Positions 61,501 to 64,000 of a DNA stretch of 64,000 nucleotides are shown here, piece by piece (the stretch's first letter is position 1; every line of letters begins with the position of its first letter). This DNA is from Haliotis cracherodii. Its lineage: Eukaryota. A model generated the notes under the pieces. It worked only from the letters and a program-made list of their open reading frames with translations, was not told the origin of the DNA and searched no databases. The stretch covers positions 66,526,001 through 66,590,000 of the forward strand of contig NW_027266264.1 of the NCBI RefSeq assembly GCF_022045235.1, given 5' to 3'. Both the position numbers and the translations under genes were made by a program.

Positions 61501-64000
61501 CATCAACACATTTCAGAGAGATACCTACATCATTAAGACACGAACTTGCGAGGAATCCATAGTTCGTAAATCAACCATTCCTAATTTTGTTACATTGTTT
61601 GAAGAGCCCGTGCAAGCGCCCAGCCAGAACCACCAAGGCGAGGAAGGTGCGTCGTTCATTAATATAACTTGATTGCTGTTTGAATTTTGTGATTACATCT
61701 CCCTCTCAGATCCGAAACCTGTCTCAAAATAATTGTCTTTGAACTTCGTGATAAAGTGAAAAGTTGCAAATTTGGCTTCCATGATCGGTAGTGATTGATG
61801 CCAAAGATGGTTGATTGAAATTGGTGATGTGCTTCGTTTTGCGTGTACCGTATTTGTCTCAGAAATGTTTACCTGTCTAGTACTTATTATTGTGTTATTA
61901 TTTAGTATTGCAAACCAAATACAAAAGGCTACGCTATTGCTTTATAAGTGAATGGCAAAGTGGAATGGTACGGCCAGATCGACCACGTGTGGCATGCATG
62001 TCTTCCACCGAGTTGTTACACTATTGGTATCTTGTTTGTTTGTTTAACGCCACGCTCACCAATATTTCATCCATATGATGGCGGTCTGTAAATAATCGAG
62101 TCTGGACCAGACAATCTGGTGATTGACATCACGAGCATCAATCCAAGCATTTGGGATACGGTGACATGCATCTACCAAGTCAGCGAGCCTGACTACCCGA
62201 TCCTGTTAGTCGCCTCTTATGACAAGCATAGTTGCCTTTTGCTACAAGCATAGGTTGTTGAAGACCTATTCTACGCAAGATGTGTATAGGTATCTAGCTA
62301 GACTAGCATAAGACCCCCGAATTAAAGTTATGTTTTAGGAACAGTAAAATAATTAATTTAAGGATCCGTCAAGTGTTAAGGAACCCTCAAGTCTTTTAGT
62401 TTCAGGCCTACAATATGAAAAGAAGATGGGTAGCCGAGAGCCGCGATGGGGTTGTAGGGGTCATGTCCTGACTGTAGGACCCCATCGCGGGTCTCGGTTA
62501 GAGAATGGGCTGCTAGATCTGAGGAGGGATGTGAGTGTAATGGGGTTGAATGTCTATTATATATTTGCTCTTGGGTCTGTAAGAAACACTGGTACTGAGC
62601 ATCCCCTTGCGTGTAACAGGCAACTAAGTATTTGGATCTTTAACTGCCAGATGGTGGGTTAGCGCTATGGGGTGTACAGGATCACTTGTTTATGACCAGT
62701 TATGGCTCTATATGTCAAATGGAAATGGAGTGGTATGGACATCAATAGTACTTACAATTACTGTTAACCAGAGAAAACCTGAATTGCTTAGGAACTGACC
62801 ATTTGATATTCTTGGATGGCTGAGGCAGGGGAGGGCGGTGGGGTAGCCTACGGTCTGGGTTTGATTCCCTTCGTCGATCCCAGTGGGGGGACAAATCGGT
62901 AAGGGTACAATATGTAAAGCCTTTTTCTGGTGTCCCCTGTCATGATATTGCAAACGATAAAGTCATACAGCGGTATAGAACCAAACTCATTCACTCACTT
63001 TTGGTGGGGCTAAGAATAGTTTTGAACTATTTTTTATATTTTTTGCCTGAGCTTTTAAAAAACAAATTTGTTTGCTGGACCTGCTAGAGGTCAGAAAAAA
63101 GTTAATTAATTGTCCAGAGAAAATAATTGTATTCCTTGAAGGTGTGACCCAAAAATATCCCACACTCATTTTACTTAGTCATTAGTCTTGACAGTTCTAC
63201 TTGGTAAGGTTGCTTGCTGTGTGTCCCCCCTGCCCTGTTGATGAGTCGTTAATAAGTAAGTAGGAAGTTTTGGTTCGGTTGAGTCCAATCTCATTTATAT
63301 CACTCCTCAGTTCTCACTACTGCTAAGATTTAAGTACTCACCCACCATAGTCCAATCAAAATTGTGTAACGAAATAGAAATCCGGTTTGTAAACTGTCCT
63401 GCAGATTTTGGTCGATTGCAAGATTTGCAAAGGATGTGCACCACCAACTTGGTGTCAGCAGATATTTTCCAAATGTTTTCACGTTTTTAATCAAGGGGCT
63501 CACTTGATTTGATGCACTTTGCGATGAGAGACCCATTGTATCACAATATAGATCTTGATTATCCAACAGATCGTCTCGACTGAGGCAAATGCAAGTGAAA
63601 CAAGAGGTGAGAATCTGATTGGCCAACATGTAATAACAACTTGTGGCGCTACGATTGAGCCCAGAAATTCCAGTCTAGTTCGGCAAGGGTGGAAACTGGA
63701 CTTTTATAGTCAGTTAACTCCCTGGCCTCAGGAAGATGCTTTCTGATTGGCTTCTATTGACTTCTTGTTAGTTCTTTCATTTGTCGAGCGAAGTTCATGA
63801 AAGGCTGTTCTGACATGACCTCTGATGGGATGTCCTCGTAACTTTGTTTATCAGTAGCAAGAACTAAGATCTGATTTTAATGAGATTGGGTTGGGACATA
63901 TGGTAGTCCTGCCCTCTACTTGACTCATGGTGTGTAACAGACAATGGATTGGGTATGGTTGATAGGAAATCTTTTAGGAGTCTGGTGACTTGTTCTGTCA

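Noticed and set aside
61560-61660. In-frame TGA after GLFKQC as selenocysteine in a claudin-like protein
   Set aside because: Another in-frame stop lies upstream, no start or acceptor is clear, and no SECIS was recognised.

Overview
AT-rich, repeat-dense animal genomic DNA. The SINE families point to a mollusc, probably a gastropod such as abalone (inference only). I can splice four multi-exon genes by hand, arranged as two head-to-head pairs. Pair 1 is an unrecognised ~294-aa gene (minus, 11860-21750) facing a ~463-aa signal-peptide protein (plus, 22710-29476) with a Lys/Ser-rich disordered middle and a tail of tandem basic/acidic blocks (KGKSKRK-DDDDKEDDLRSR). Pair 2 is a C15orf40/UPF0235 homolog (minus, 45070-50341) facing NR2C2AP (plus, 50681-53431), with only 339 bp between the ATGs. 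Between the pairs, a very young full-length BEL/Pao LTR retrotransposon (32829-39809, GGTAT TSD, tRNA-iMet PBS, two frameshifts) sits 4 bp beyond its TSD from the recognisable 3' end of a decayed but architecturally complete DIRS1-type tyrosine-recombinase retrotransposon (39819-44488). The rest is a Tc1 remnant, an Academ-like transposase fragment, a LINE 3' end, four SINE-like families and several MITEs. The best leads are the secreted block-polyampholyte protein, the orphan gene that seems to need a GG splice donor, an anti-PBS motif in the BEL LTR, and a headless structured SINE-like family. All gene models are unverified by RNA data.
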